Source of the DNA: Schizosaccharomyces osmophilus
Lineage: Eukaryota
Reading direction: 5' to 3'
Assembly: GCF_027921745.1 (NCBI RefSeq)
Contig: NC_079238.1
Location: 3,844,001-3,908,000, forward strand
DNA length: 64,000 bases
Numbering within the stretch: the stretch's first letter is position 1; every line of letters begins with the position of its first letter. The notes below the pieces were generated by a model that worked only from the letters and a program-made list of their open reading frames with translations, did not search any database and was not told the DNA's origin. Made by a program: the position numbers and the translations under genes. Shown piece after piece: positions 26,370-37,461 of the stretch.

Positions 26370-27842
26370 TTATCGGATAGTCATATTGGCAGGTCCGGCT
26401 TTAGAAAAGATTCCAGTCCTCTTCTTTGTTTCACTATCATTTACTCGCCAAAACTTCAAATTTTCATCACTAGCGGCTGTAGACAAAATGCGTCCATCAG
26501 GAGACAGGGCAGAGTATAACACTCTGCTATCATGTGCAGGTATATCTACTTGCTTTGTAATTCCTGTCGTGCCATAAGACCAGACAGACAAATTGTTATC
26601 AGGAAAACCATGAGTGGATATAATCTCTTTGAGTTGAGGGCTCCATGTTAGTGACGTTACTTGGCTACCAGCATCCACTGTGTTGACCCTTGATCCCGTA
26701 GCTGCGTTCCAGAAATGAATCTTCTTGTCCATGGTACCACCACCAGTTGCTAATAAGTTGCTTTGCCAAGGGCACCATGCTACAGCCTTGACGGCTGCCG
26801 TATGGTTTGTTTTTGTAAATTTGGGGATGGACGATCTAGCATCCCAAATTTGAACCAGATTATCATTACCACCAGAAGCTAATTGAAGTCCGTCCGAGCG
26901 CCACGCCAGCCCACAGACTTCACTTTCATGTCCTAGTAACTCGCCCACTTTGTGCTGAGCAATGCGCACATCATGATGATGGATTGCACCTGAGCGACTG
27001 CCACTGGATAAAATGTGTCGATCCCATGCCAAAACGCCTACTCTCGACTGATGGCCTGCCATCGTTCGAAGCTTTTTTTGCGATTCGACATCATAGATCT
27101 CAACCAATCCATTACCAAGTCCCACAGACAAAAATGTGCCGTCTTGGGACCATTTTACGCCCGCTACATAGGTGGATTCATCCGTTTCAGCTATACCGCC
27201 AACATCACCACTGTCGGCATTCCAAACGTAAACGTTTCTTTCAAGTGCGATAGCAACAGCGTTCAAACTGGACCAATCCAACAAGTTCAAATAGTAGTCG
27301 TCGACGATACCTGGTGCATCCAAGACTCGCTCAGGCGTCGTAGCAAATTTGCGCTTTGTCTGAGAAACGACTGGTTTTTGAGGTCGGTTATATTGAGCAC
27401 GCAAATCAACAGGTTTCTTGGATTCAGGTGCGTCTGGCTTGAAAGCAAGGATACGTGTATTTAAATCCAAACCACAAGCTTCGGCAACCGATTCATTGTA
27501 CTCAGCAGATAATTCATGCTTTTGATTTGAAACAAATGCATTCGCTGAATTTTGTCTTGAAGGAATGAATCTGTCACTGTGATTCGAGCAATGGTGTTTA
27601 GCACGAGGAGAACTTACGGAAGTCGACAATGACCAGTCGGATGACACGACATCAAGTTTAGGTGAACCTCGGACAAAGTTGGATGACGCCTTCGTTGGGC
27701 TTTTTTTCGCTGAGCGGCTTGCTTTCCCCAAAAGAGCCTGCTGATGCAAAGGTGTAATTGGACTGTTTGGATATACCAAAGGTCTCTTTTTCGTAGGGGT
27801 AGAAAATTTAGGAATATAAGACAAATTGCTGCTAACGTCCAT
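26370..27842 (-). CDS. slp1: APC/C coactivator, Cdc20 orthologue
   Basis: C-box DRFIPSR, RILAF Mad2-interaction motif, VLDAPGIVDDYYLNLLDW, WD40 repeats and a terminal IR tail. Confidence 0.97.
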   Translation of the reverse strand: MDVSSNLSYIPKFSTPTKKRPLVYPNSPITPLHQQALLGKASRSAKKSPTKASSNFVRGSPKLDVVSSDWSLSTSVSSPRAKHHCSNHSDRFIPSRQNSANAFVSNQKHELSAEYNESVAEACGLDLNTRILAFKPDAPESKKPVDLRAQYNRPQKPVVSQTKRKFATTPERVLDAPGIVDDYYLNLLDWSSLNAVAIALERNVYVWNADSGDVGGIAETDESTYVAGVKWSQDGTFLSVGLGNGLVEIYDVESQKKLRTMAGHQSRVGVLAWDRHILSSGSRSGAIHHHDVRIAQHKVGELLGHESEVCGLAWRSDGLQLASGGNDNLVQIWDARSSIPKFTKTNHTAAVKAVAWCPWQSNLLATGGGTMDKKIHFWNAATGSRVNTVDAGSQVTSLTWSPQLKEIISTHGFPDNNLSVWSYGTTGITKQVDIPAHDSRVLYSALSPDGRILSTAASDENLKFWRVNDSETKKRTGIFSKAGPANMTIR

Positions 27843-28213
27843 GATCTATAGGGATAGTTTGTTTGTTGATATCAACGAATATGCTTAAGAGGATAAAGAG
27901 AGACTAAAATAAAAAAGAATGACAAAGTTATGTTGAGCGTAATTAAAGAATCAACAACACGATTTCAGTCGATTGTTAAGAACTTCTTTTTACTTTTTAC
28001 TTTTTAAGTGACCAGCACTTTTGTTTAAAAAGATATATGAAAGAGAGAAAATCAAAACAAAATAGGAGACCAGCTCAGAGAACAAAAATGGTAATACAAT
28101 GAAAAGTTCCAGCTTTCCTTTACCACATTCAATATAGGACCAGCCTAGGGAATAAAATTAAAAGAAAGAATAAAGAATCCTGCAAAATTCGGATGATTGA
28201 GTCTTCGTGGTGG

Positions 28214-28318
28214 TTTGTTTACTTCCAATTCCAACCACCTCGTCTTATATTACAAAAGCTAAACCCTTACCCTTTGGTTACCACCGCAACGACTGTAAAT
28301 AAACAAATGGTAAACAAA
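28214..28318. promoter_or_regulatory. Cluster of forkhead-binding sites upstream of slp1
   Basis: TTTGTTTAC 28214-28222, GTAAATA 28295-28301, ATAAACA 28299-28305 and GTAAACAAA 28310-28318. slp1 is a known forkhead-regulated M-phase gene. Confidence 0.7.
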
Positions 28319-28825
28319 GGGTAGTAGCAAGAAACAATCTGCAAAAGTAGTGAAAAAAAAGAAAACAACATCGGTCTCCATGATGACAAAACAAAGGGTT
28401 TCTTTGTTGTTCTTTCGTCCTTCACATAAACATATCGTTTCAAGGAATTTGAAAACAAATAAATTGATGATCGTAAAGTAGGCAATGTTAATCACATGTA
28501 GTATAGTAGAAAGCGCAGTTAAAGGCAGCTGAAAATGAGACAAAGACGGTTGTTTATCATCTATAAATCAATAAAATGAATCATTCATTCTTCATACAAA
28601 TATTTGTTGGATCATAAAAACGGGTCCTCCTTGTTCCTGCTAACGCTTTCCCTGAGATTTGTACCACAATGTACCAGCAGCATTGCTTTGGAAGTTTCGC
28701 TTTGTTGAGATCCAAGCAACTCTGGACATTATTTACCCAGCAATTCTGGACATTATTTAGAAAATTTATTTTTAGATAATTCAAACGACTGATTTTACTC
28801 GTAGAATACTCCGCTTAGGCGTTCG

Positions 28826-28956
28826 ATGGCTGGTAATTGTGTTCACCACCAAATGTCAACTTCTTCCTTTTCGTAAATTCGTCTATAATGGCTGGTGCAA
28901 GATTAAATGTGGTACGAAGGAAAAACTCCCTGAGAGTTATCGAAAATACTATAAAA
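28826..28956 (+). promoter_or_regulatory. Two Ace2 sites and a TATA box in the eng1 promoter
   Basis: ATGGCTGGT (reverse ACCAGCCAT) at 28826-28834 and 28888-28896; TATAAAA at 28950-28956. eng1 is a known Ace2 target. Confidence 0.75.
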
Positions 28957-29182
28957 CCAAGGAAATGCCGCAGTATGTTCACTAGTCAGTTTATATTACT
29001 TGGTCTTTCGGGTGGAACTTGAAAGTTCGATTGTAATATCAATCCATTGCTGCATTTCCATATTACAATTAGAAGATTCTCCTTCATAATCTAGTGGAAG
29101 TTATTACCAGATAACCATTATCTCATTTATCTTCCCGTATTCTATCGTTTACATTGCTACTTTCAAAGTTCCAATTCGTTAG

Positions 29183-32100
29183 ATGATGGGATTTTCAACT
29201 CGATCCCTCGCTTATTTTTTGGCGGGTTGCCTTCATCTTGTTACGGCTTCTCCTTTGTACGGTAATCCCGAAACCATGGAACCATCTTCACAAATACTCG
29301 AGAAGCGCTCTACTGATGTCTTCGATAAAGTCATTGATACCTCTGATCCGATTGCTTTGTTCGGCTCTGCAAACCATCCTTTGACACCTGCTGGTGTGTC
29401 CGAAAATGGAATGCCCATCGAAACAAACAAATTCTATGACAACCTTTTGCTTGGCTCCAGAACCTCCTTCCTCTATGCTGACCCATACCGTTATTGGTGG
29501 CAGTCTTCCAACACTCAATCTGGCTTATGTATTGGCCATACCGATGAGAACCAACGGGTCTTCGACTGGGGTAGCGCCGTTCCCAATTTCTATTTCAACC
29601 CAATTGGTCTTTGTTCTTTGGGTTTTGGTGCTTCTGGAATGACCGAAGCCATTGCCCCCGAGGTCGACGAAGTCGATCAAATGTCCGCTCGTGTCAACTT
29701 CAACTGGGGTTCTTCTTCCATGAAGATCTCTTTAGTCGAAGGTTTGGCTTTTACCACTGCTGAGTACTCCAATGCAGTTCCGGAGATTTTTACCTCTACC
29801 TTCTTTATGAATGGTATCCAATCGGTTTCTGGATCTTCTGCCTCTCAAAAATACAAAATCACTTTGTCCGACGGCCATATTTGGCTCATTTATGTGTTTG
29901 GTGACCAACTTACTTTGAAACCTAACGGAAACCAAGTCCTCGTTGGCTCAAACTCCTTTACTGGTTATATTCAAATTGCAAAGATTCCCTCGGGTGATAC
30001 CAAAGCTGAGTCCGTATACGATAAGTATGCTGGCACTTATGTTACTGGTATTTCTGTTTCTGGTAATGTTGATGGCGATACAGGTTACTACACCTTCACC
30101 TTGAAGACTTCCGGTCAGGGTTCCGGTGTACCTTTACATTTCTTGTTGCCTCACCAAATGGACTCGCTTTCCTCGGGTGCATCCTCTACCGAACTATCCT
30201 TAGTTTCCTTGGTTAGCGGCTACGCTACAGCTGTTGCCGGTAACTCCATTACTTTTGCTGATACCGTTCCTAGCGATATTCACTTCTTGCCCTGGTCACC
30301 TGAAGGTAAAAAGGTGGGTTATTCAACTGATGCACTCAATAACATTAAGGCTGCTGCAACTCAAGAGGTAAACGGTAATATGGATGCTGACAGTAATTTG
30401 GACTCTATGTATTATAGTGGTAAAGTTCTTGCCAAATATGCAATGCTTTGTCTTACAGTCAACGACATCCTGAATGACAAGGAGATGAGCAACACCTGTG
30501 TTAAAAAACTAGAAAGTGCCATGGCTCGCTTCGTTGATAACAAGCAAATTAATCCTTTGGTTTATGATTCTACTTGGAAAGGTGTAATCAGCAAAGCTGG
30601 TCTTTCTGGTTATGCTATGGCGGATTTTGGAAACACTTATTACAACGATCACCACTTCCACTATGGCTATTTCGTTCTTACAGCCGCCGTTATTGCTCAT
30701 ATCGACCCTAACTGGATAAATGTTGGTAATAACAAGAAATATGTTAATTCTCTTATTCGTGATGTTTCTAATCCCACCAGCAATGATCCCCATTTCCCTG
30801 TTCAAAGAATGTTTGATTTTTACCACGGCCATTCCTGGGCTGGAGGTCTTTTCGAGTCAAATGATGGCAAGGACGAAGAATCTACCTCAGAGGATTACAA
30901 TTTCTTTTATGGTATGAAGTTATGGGGTGAAGTTACCGGTGATGATGCTATGGTGGATCGTGCAAATATTATTTTATCTGTTTTAAAGCGTTCACTTAAT
31001 AAGTACATATACTATTCGGAAGGAAATGTTCAACCTAAATCTATGCAACCTAATTATGTGGCCGGTATTACCTTCATGAACAAAATCACCCACGTTACTT
31101 ATTTCGGTACTAATCCTGAATTCGTTCAGGGTATTCATATGCTTCCAGTTACTCCTATTTCCGCCTATATTCGAGAACAATCATTTGTTAGAGACGAATG
31201 GAACAATATGCTTCTCAATGCTCTTGGTGCAGCTGTTCCTTCTTGGAGAACCTTGTTGTATGCTGATTATGCTATCGTAGATCCATGGACCAGTTACAAC
31301 TATTTTGCTACTCCTGCTTTCCAACCCAGTTGGTTAGATGTCGGTGCTTCTCGTGCTTGGTATTTAGCATTTTCCGCTGGTCTGGATGGAAGAAATGCTG
31401 TTTACTATCCCACGAACCCAGATGGTTCTAATTCCGGTTCCTCTTCCTCTTCGTCTTCTTCTTCTTCCCCTTCCCCTTCCACTTCCTCTCCCTCTTCCCC
31501 TTCAACTTTAACTTCAATTTCATCTTATGTGACCACTACAACTACTTCTGTTTTTCCGGATTTGAAGCCCACTATCGTACCTACGTCTACCTCTTCATCA
31601 AGCTCGGGCCAGAAGACTTGTAATATGGCTGTGTACGATCCTTCTACAACCGTTTGCGACGAGAACGTCCTTTGTCCCATTGTGAATGGCGTACCATACT
31701 CGAATTGCAATGGTGCCTGCTATAATCCTAAAGAATACGGTTGTTACAAAAACACAATAAGCCCGAATATAAATCCTACGAGTTATGTGTCATCTCCTGT
31801 CAGTACAACAGATCCCATTTCTAATACTGCTACTAAAACCGGTTCAACTTCTTCACCCAAACCTACTTCTGGAATGCAAAAATGCGGAGATACCACGTAC
31901 GATGCTAGTGCTATTACTTGTTATTTCAATGACATTCTTTGCCCTATTGTCGAGGGAAATGTTTATGAAGTATGCAATGGTTCTTGCTACGATCCCTCCA
32001 TGTATAGCTGCGACAATGGTTCTGTGTCTCATAAAGGTAGTTCGAAATCTTCTACGTCTGCTAAGTCGGCTTATACCTCTCCCAGTACTACTCCTACTTC

Positions 32101-32338
32101 TAAATCTTCTACGTCTGCTAGCTCGACTTCTGCCCCTTCCAGTGTTACTCCTACTTCTCAACCTTCTACGCATGCTATTGCTCAATGTGGCTTGGCCTGG
32201 TACAATACTAAGAGCTATATATGTTATGGTAACTTGTTGTGTCCCATTATCGGTGATAAAACAATGCAACCTTGTGGTAATGCATGCTATGATTCCGATG
32301 CTTACGAATGCCTAGGTGGTAAACTTATCACTAAGTAA
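29183..32338 (+). CDS. eng1: Secreted GH81 endo-1,3-beta-glucanase with Ser/Thr linkers and three Cys-rich carbohydrate-binding repeats
   Basis: Signal peptide, PIETNKFY, DFGNTYYNDHHFHYGY, DGKDEESTSED and three LCPI..CxxxCY repeats. Confidence 0.96.
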   Translation: MMGFSTRSLAYFLAGCLHLVTASPLYGNPETMEPSSQILEKRSTDVFDKVIDTSDPIALFGSANHPLTPAGVSENGMPIETNKFYDNLLLGSRTSFLYADPYRYWWQSSNTQSGLCIGHTDENQRVFDWGSAVPNFYFNPIGLCSLGFGASGMTEAIAPEVDEVDQMSARVNFNWGSSSMKISLVEGLAFTTAEYSNAVPEIFTSTFFMNGIQSVSGSSASQKYKITLSDGHIWLIYVFGDQLTLKPNGNQVLVGSNSFTGYIQIAKIPSGDTKAESVYDKYAGTYVTGISVSGNVDGDTGYYTFTLKTSGQGSGVPLHFLLPHQMDSLSSGASSTELSLVSLVSGYATAVAGNSITFADTVPSDIHFLPWSPEGKKVGYSTDALNNIKAAATQEVNGNMDADSNLDSMYYSGKVLAKYAMLCLTVNDILNDKEMSNTCVKKLESAMARFVDNKQINPLVYDSTWKGVISKAGLSGYAMADFGNTYYNDHHFHYGYFVLTAAVIAHIDPNWINVGNNKKYVNSLIRDVSNPTSNDPHFPVQRMFDFYHGHSWAGGLFESNDGKDEESTSEDYNFFYGMKLWGEVTGDDAMVDRANIILSVLKRSLNKYIYYSEGNVQPKSMQPNYVAGITFMNKITHVTYFGTNPEFVQGIHMLPVTPISAYIREQSFVRDEWNNMLLNALGAAVPSWRTLLYADYAIVDPWTSYNYFATPAFQPSWLDVGASRAWYLAFSAGLDGRNAVYYPTNPDGSNSGSSSSSSSSSSPSPSTSSPSSPSTLTSISSYVTTTTTSVFPDLKPTIVPTSTSSSSSGQKTCNMAVYDPSTTVCDENVLCPIVNGVPYSNCNGACYNPKEYGCYKNTISPNINPTSYVSSPVSTTDPISNTATKTGSTSSPKPTSGMQKCGDTTYDASAITCYFNDILCPIVEGNVYEVCNGSCYDPSMYSCDNGSVSHKGSSKSSTSAKSAYTSPSTTPTSKSSTSASSTSAPSSVTPTSQPSTHAIAQCGLAWYNTKSYICYGNLLCPIIGDKTMQPCGNACYDSDAYECLGGKLITK

Positions 32339-32592
32339 GTCGAGAGGACACTATCAAATGCAGAAAAAAGCAACGATTAAATGCTTTCAAGTATATTTTT
32401 GTCTTTAATTTGTTGAGGTAATTTCTTCCATAGCAAGACGTCTGGTACGTGTTGCAAGATGAGATTAACATAATGACGCTTCGCATGCGCATACTGCCTA
32501 CTTACGAAGAACGTAATGGGTTAATTGGGTTACTCATCTACTTTGTACATAATTCTTTTGGGTCTTTTTTATAAAGACATTTGAATGCATAT

Positions 32593-32619
32593 TGATCAAC
32601 TCTTTGATAGAGTTGATCA
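32593..32619. repeat. Perfect inverted repeat (11-bp stem, 5-nt loop)
   Basis: TGATCAACTCT-TTGAT-AGAGTTGATCA. Confidence 0.85.
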
Positions 32620-33429
32620 TTGTTTGTGGATTAGATAAATACTTTTTAGACATAGAGTTTAAGATATCATCTCTAATATCAGACATTATTTTTATTCCTT
32701 TATGCTAGACGTTGTCGAAAGTGTATAGAAAAGCAGGGTTGTTCCTTTCAGTAGCTTGCAAATATATATTTCTGTAAGCTTTTTGCTATAAGAAGGAAAT
32801 GAATTGTAACTTGGGAAGAAAGGTGTGATGGTTGAAAAGGAAAAGTTCGCTGTTTGTGAGTCTTGAAGATGAGAGTATTTACGAGCTCATTTCATATGAC
32901 TCTTAAATTCCATGGCATAGAAAAGGCCGAATCAGAATGCGAGTATGATTGAACTAAAAAGATACAACAAGAAAGCCATGTTCCAATCAGTTATTTTCGT
33001 CAGGAACCAGTTTCCAGATTCAGTCATCTTTCATCACACATTTTTTCATCTCTTGTTTCAGCAAGGCAAGCGCTTATTACAACAGACATCGACTACGTTC
33101 ACTTTCAAAACTCTATTGCATAAGCATGTTGATTACTCTCTCTGCAGAGACCCTGACCACAGAATATTCCACATGAAAGAGCTTGCAATAGAAAGACAAA
33201 AGTACAAATTTAATCATGTTACGAATACTACGTTCACAATTTCAGAATAAGGAATAAAGATTTTCATGAAACAGATATCATCATTCATAACGCCTCAACG
33301 CCTAACAAAACTTCACCATGCAGGATCTCTTTGAGAAAAAGATCCATCATTTCAAGATCGTGACAGATACCCATACACTTTGTGGATATCAAGCTTGTAG
33401 AATTATGGATTACATATATATATATATGC

Positions 33430-33891
33430 TTAGATAGCAACACCAATGACACCGCAAGCATTACGGCCACCAGCGTTACCAGTCTTTAAGGACTCTTCAT
33501 TACCACCCTTACCAAGGTCATCTTCACCAGCGTGGATGACAATGGTACGGCCAACAATGTTGTGAGGGCCATACAAAGTGATGACAGAGTCCACAAACTT
33601 GGCCTTAATCTCACCGCTAGCATCAGCAGCAACATTACCCAAATCACCGACGTGACGAACAGAGGCGGCACGATCACCGTGAGTGGTGCCAGTGGGGTTG
33701 AAGTGAGGACCAGCAGAGGTACAGCCATTGGTGTTGTCACCGAATTGGTGGATGTGGAATCCACGCTTGGCGTTAGCGTCGCTGCCCTTCAAATCGACAG
33801 AAACAGTGACAGGGGTCTTTTCGTTTTCTTGCTCAAAAGAAACGACACCGTTAACTTTAGAGTCACCGCGGAGAACTGCTACAGCCTTCAT
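33430..33891 (-). CDS. sod1: Cu/Zn superoxide dismutase
   Basis: [28 protein letters not shown] and [13 protein letters not shown]; strong codon bias. Confidence 0.99.
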   Translation of the reverse strand: MKAVAVLRGDSKVNGVVSFEQENEKTPVTVSVDLKGSDANAKRGFHIHQFGDNTNGCTSAGPHFNPTGTTHGDRAASVRHVGDLGNVAADASGEIKAKFVDSVITLYGPHNIVGRTIVIHAGEDDLGKGGNEESLKTGNAGGRNACGVIGVAI

Positions 33892-35104
33892 TTTGATAGA
33901 ATTAGAAATCGTTTGTAAATCCTGTTACACTTGAGAGTGGAAGTTGGTAAATTCAATGACTGACGTGGGCACCGTTTATATAATCCTATGGAATACCACT
34001 TTATACACCCAAAATCGGCCTGCAAGGCTTATTGTTTTCAAATGAAAGCCTCTTGTATTTAAATTCTCTTTCAGTCAAATATTCCCTGCATCCAAATCTG
34101 GTTCCTTTCGAGCTTTGCATGACAAATCACCCAAAACGTTTGTTTTTCTCGAACCCACCCAGGGCAAAGCGTCATCCGTCCCTGCCAATCACCCATAGTA
34201 CCATGAAGTCAATCATTTCGCCAATTCTCCTTTGCGGAACAGCGCTTTGTATCTCGCTAATGCTATTTGCAAACTGTATGTTCAGATATGGTATACCAAT
34301 ACACCATTTGGTGGCAATAGTACCGTATTCATGAATACCGAAAAAGAGCGATTTTGAACAACCTCATTCCTGGTCTTTATGCTTTGGACGCAAGGAAGCC
34401 ATCCCATCCCATCCACAAAGGTCATAGTGGAGGTCAGGTCCTTGGAGCATATTTCTCTAGTCCCTCTACTGTTGAAAGGCATAGACACACACATGGAAAA
34501 AGAGGGAACTGACGCATGGGGAGGTCATGGACTGGAATTGCTTTTGCTTTTGCTACCGTTTCATGGTGAGCATAGGGCGCTTGTTGTGAATGAGCATGTA
34601 TACCTGTCTGAGGAAGCGTAACGACTAGGTAATCATACCCATGGGGAAATCAATGGGAGAATGGGAGAAAAGGAGAAAAGACGCAGGTGAATGCTTGGCT
34701 TTTATAGACAGCAGGATGAATGGATGATTCGCAGTTCCAATTCCGTGCTTTGTTTTGTGATAGTAAAAGAATACAAAGTCTCATCAACACGTAATAGAGC
34801 GATAAATTCGCTGATACATTTTTGCTAGTCGCATAAAACAAAAACCTCAACGAGTGACTTTTGCGAAAGCTTTTACAGACAAAGATCGTTACTTTGCAGA
34901 TCTCTCCATTCGAGAGAATAGAAACCGGAATTCGCTGGAAATCGGCATTTCATGGGAAACCCGTGCTTACTTGTATCAGGAAAAAGGTTTCAAGGGAAAG
35001 ATAGGCAAAAATAGGAAAAAGTAGGCAGTAAAAAACGGATCTTTTCGTTGAAACGGGTGTCCAAATGATTTTCTTTGAAAACCCTTAGAAGTAACAATTA
35101 CGAA

Positions 35105-35159
35105 ATAGATCGACGTAAATTGGCTAGATCGACGTAAATTAAATAGATCTGCGTAGATG
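35105..35159 (-). promoter_or_regulatory. Three 19-bp-period repeats, each with a CGNMGATC core (putative Loz1 zinc-response elements)
   Basis: TAGATCGACGTAAATT at 35106 and 35125, TAGATCTGCGTAGATG at 35144. Minus-strand reads are CGTCGATCTAT, CGTCGATCTAG and CGCAGATCTAT. Confidence 0.55.
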
Positions 35160-35618
35160 AAAATCTGTAAACAAGCGGGAAACACAGGAAAGCAGAAATG
35201 AATGAATACAATAAAGCATCTGGATTGATTTCGATTGATGAGGCTTCTTCGTAGCCACTTAGCCGTTTCATATTCTTTGGCATATCTTGTATGAATTTCC
35301 ATCTACACCAAACAGTACCATACAATTCCATTTCGAATTATTGCGCACCGTAAACTTGTCTAATCTTCTTAAACGTTCTTTTTCTTTTTTTCTTTCTTTC
35401 TTTTTTTTTTTTTTTTTTGAGCTACACAGAAACAACTTGCACGTACAAACACATTTCAACGTCTTTTTCTGTTTGTGAAAATAGGAAACGCCAACAGGTA
35501 GCAATGCAAGTCATGTTACTTGAGTTCCTTCCATCTTCGACAGGCCAACTCTTGCAAAATTTTTCTCTGCTTTATAAATCTCTGTTTCATTTCTTTTTTT
35601 TTTCTTTTGTTTCTTCAA

Positions 35619-36980
35619 ATGTCTTTAGAATCAAACGTAAAGACCGCCAGAGATTCTTTCATTACTCTTCAAACACTCTCTGTCAAGGATCGCGATGAAG
35701 CACTCAATATCATCGTAGAAGAGTTGTTGTCGAAAAAGGACACAATATTAAAGGCTAATGCCGAAGATATGGACTCTGCAAAGAAGCAAAATGAGGCTGG
35801 AAAATTGAGCTCATCTATGTTGAAACGTCTTGACTTGTCTACTTCTGGCAAGTATGAGTCCATGGTCCAAGGTGTCTCAGATGTAAAAAACCTCGAGGAT
35901 CCTTTAGGTCGTGTTACATATGGCTGTCGCCTTGATGACAACTTGGATTTGTACCGCGTCTCCTGTCCCGTTGGTGTACTTTTGGTCATTTTTGAAGCTC
36001 GCCCTGAAGTCATTATCAACATTACAGCCCTTGCCATCAAGTCTGGTAATGCCGTCGTCTTGAAGGGAGGCACAGAGTCTACAAAGTCTTTTGCTGCTAT
36101 GTCGCAAGTCGTACGTTCAGCTCTTTCCAAAACTAAAGTTCCCCAAGGTGCAGTGCAACTTGTTCAAAACCGCGAGGAGGTCGCTCAACTCCTTCAATTT
36201 GATCGCTATATCGACCTGGTTATTCCTCGTGGCAGTGATAAGCTAGTTCGTTACATAAAAGAAAACACAAAAATTCCCGTCCTTGGCCACGCAGATGGTT
36301 TGTGCTCTATGTATCTTCATGATGATGCCGACAAAGATCTTGCTATCAATGTCGTTTTCGATGCCAAAACTGATTATCCAGCTGGCTGTAATGCTGTTGA
36401 GACCCTCTTGGTTCATGAAAATGCATTGTCTACCCAGTTGCCGTTTATTGCCGAAAAACTATCCCAAGCATCCGTGGTTTTAAAATGTGACAGCCGCTCT
36501 TACGAGGTTTTAGAAAAAACTCCTTCTGTCGCTAAATTGCTTCAACACTCTACAGAAAATGATTATGATACAGAATTTTTGGACTATACTTTGGCTGTTA
36601 AAACGGTCTCCTCATTAGAAGAAGCAATGGCGCATATAAATACCCATGGTTCAAAACACACCGACTGCATTTTGACTTCTAGCGAATCTACTGCAAATAA
36701 GTTTATGTCTGGTATCGATGCTTCTGGTGTTTATTGGAACGCTTCTACCCGCTTTGCAGATGGCTTCCGTTACGGCTTTGGCACTGAGGTGGGTATCAGT
36801 ACAAACAAAATCCATGCCCGGGGTCCTATGGGCTTAGAGGGCTTAACTATTTACAAATATCAACTTCGCGGAAGAGGTCATGTCGCATCTGCCTACGGTG
36901 TCGGTCCTAGTAAGATTCCATTTAAACATGAGCCCCTTGATGTCTATCATATATCGGAGGTTAATAAATTGGAAAACTAA
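35619..36980 (+). CDS. pro1: Gamma-glutamyl phosphate reductase
   Basis: PVGVLLVIFEARPEV, DLVIPRGS, CNAVETLLVH, NASTRFADGFRYGFGTEVGIST and HARGPMGLEGL; first ATG at 35619. Confidence 0.95.
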   Translation: MSLESNVKTARDSFITLQTLSVKDRDEALNIIVEELLSKKDTILKANAEDMDSAKKQNEAGKLSSSMLKRLDLSTSGKYESMVQGVSDVKNLEDPLGRVTYGCRLDDNLDLYRVSCPVGVLLVIFEARPEVIINITALAIKSGNAVVLKGGTESTKSFAAMSQVVRSALSKTKVPQGAVQLVQNREEVAQLLQFDRYIDLVIPRGSDKLVRYIKENTKIPVLGHADGLCSMYLHDDADKDLAINVVFDAKTDYPAGCNAVETLLVHENALSTQLPFIAEKLSQASVVLKCDSRSYEVLEKTPSVAKLLQHSTENDYDTEFLDYTLAVKTVSSLEEAMAHINTHGSKHTDCILTSSESTANKFMSGIDASGVYWNASTRFADGFRYGFGTEVGISTNKIHARGPMGLEGLTIYKYQLRGRGHVASAYGVGPSKIPFKHEPLDVYHISEVNKLEN

Positions 36981-37461
36981 TCTTCTCCTGTATGGTTACA
37001 GTTCGTTTTTCACAGCACTTCTATTTTGTTTCCTCTTTCTTTACGTTTTCATAATTTTTCCGTTCTATATAATAAACTGAACTGGTTCATGCTTGCTGTT
37101 TGTGTAGAGGAAGGTAATGTTCGGTTTTCAACGTATGTGTAAGATTCAATTAATAAATAAAAAATAAAAACAAAAAAAAAGAAAAGTGAAAAAATCACTT
37201 ACATTTAGATTTCTCTACCAATTTATGAACTTGGGTGTACAACTCTTGCAGGACAAAGTAACATTGACACCTGCACTTTGTCCTTCAGTGAACGAAAAGA
37301 TTTACTTTCCAACTAACCTACCATTGAGAATCCATAGTCCTTTCGTACCATTCTTTTCTATAGCCATAGACATTGCATTAATCATAAAACACATGAGCCT
37401 TTTTTCTGGACTGAGAATCGTTTAATTTTCCAATCCTGAAGATATTTGCATGATCAACACA

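Noticed and set aside
31431..31520. TCT/CCT-rich repeat
   Set aside because: It encodes the normal Ser/Pro linker of Eng1.
34282..34642. Short ORFs upstream of sod1 as a protein-coding gene, including a 57-aa product through a 35-nt intron
   Set aside because: No clear branch point and no protein-like features. Treated instead as a possible non-coding transcript.
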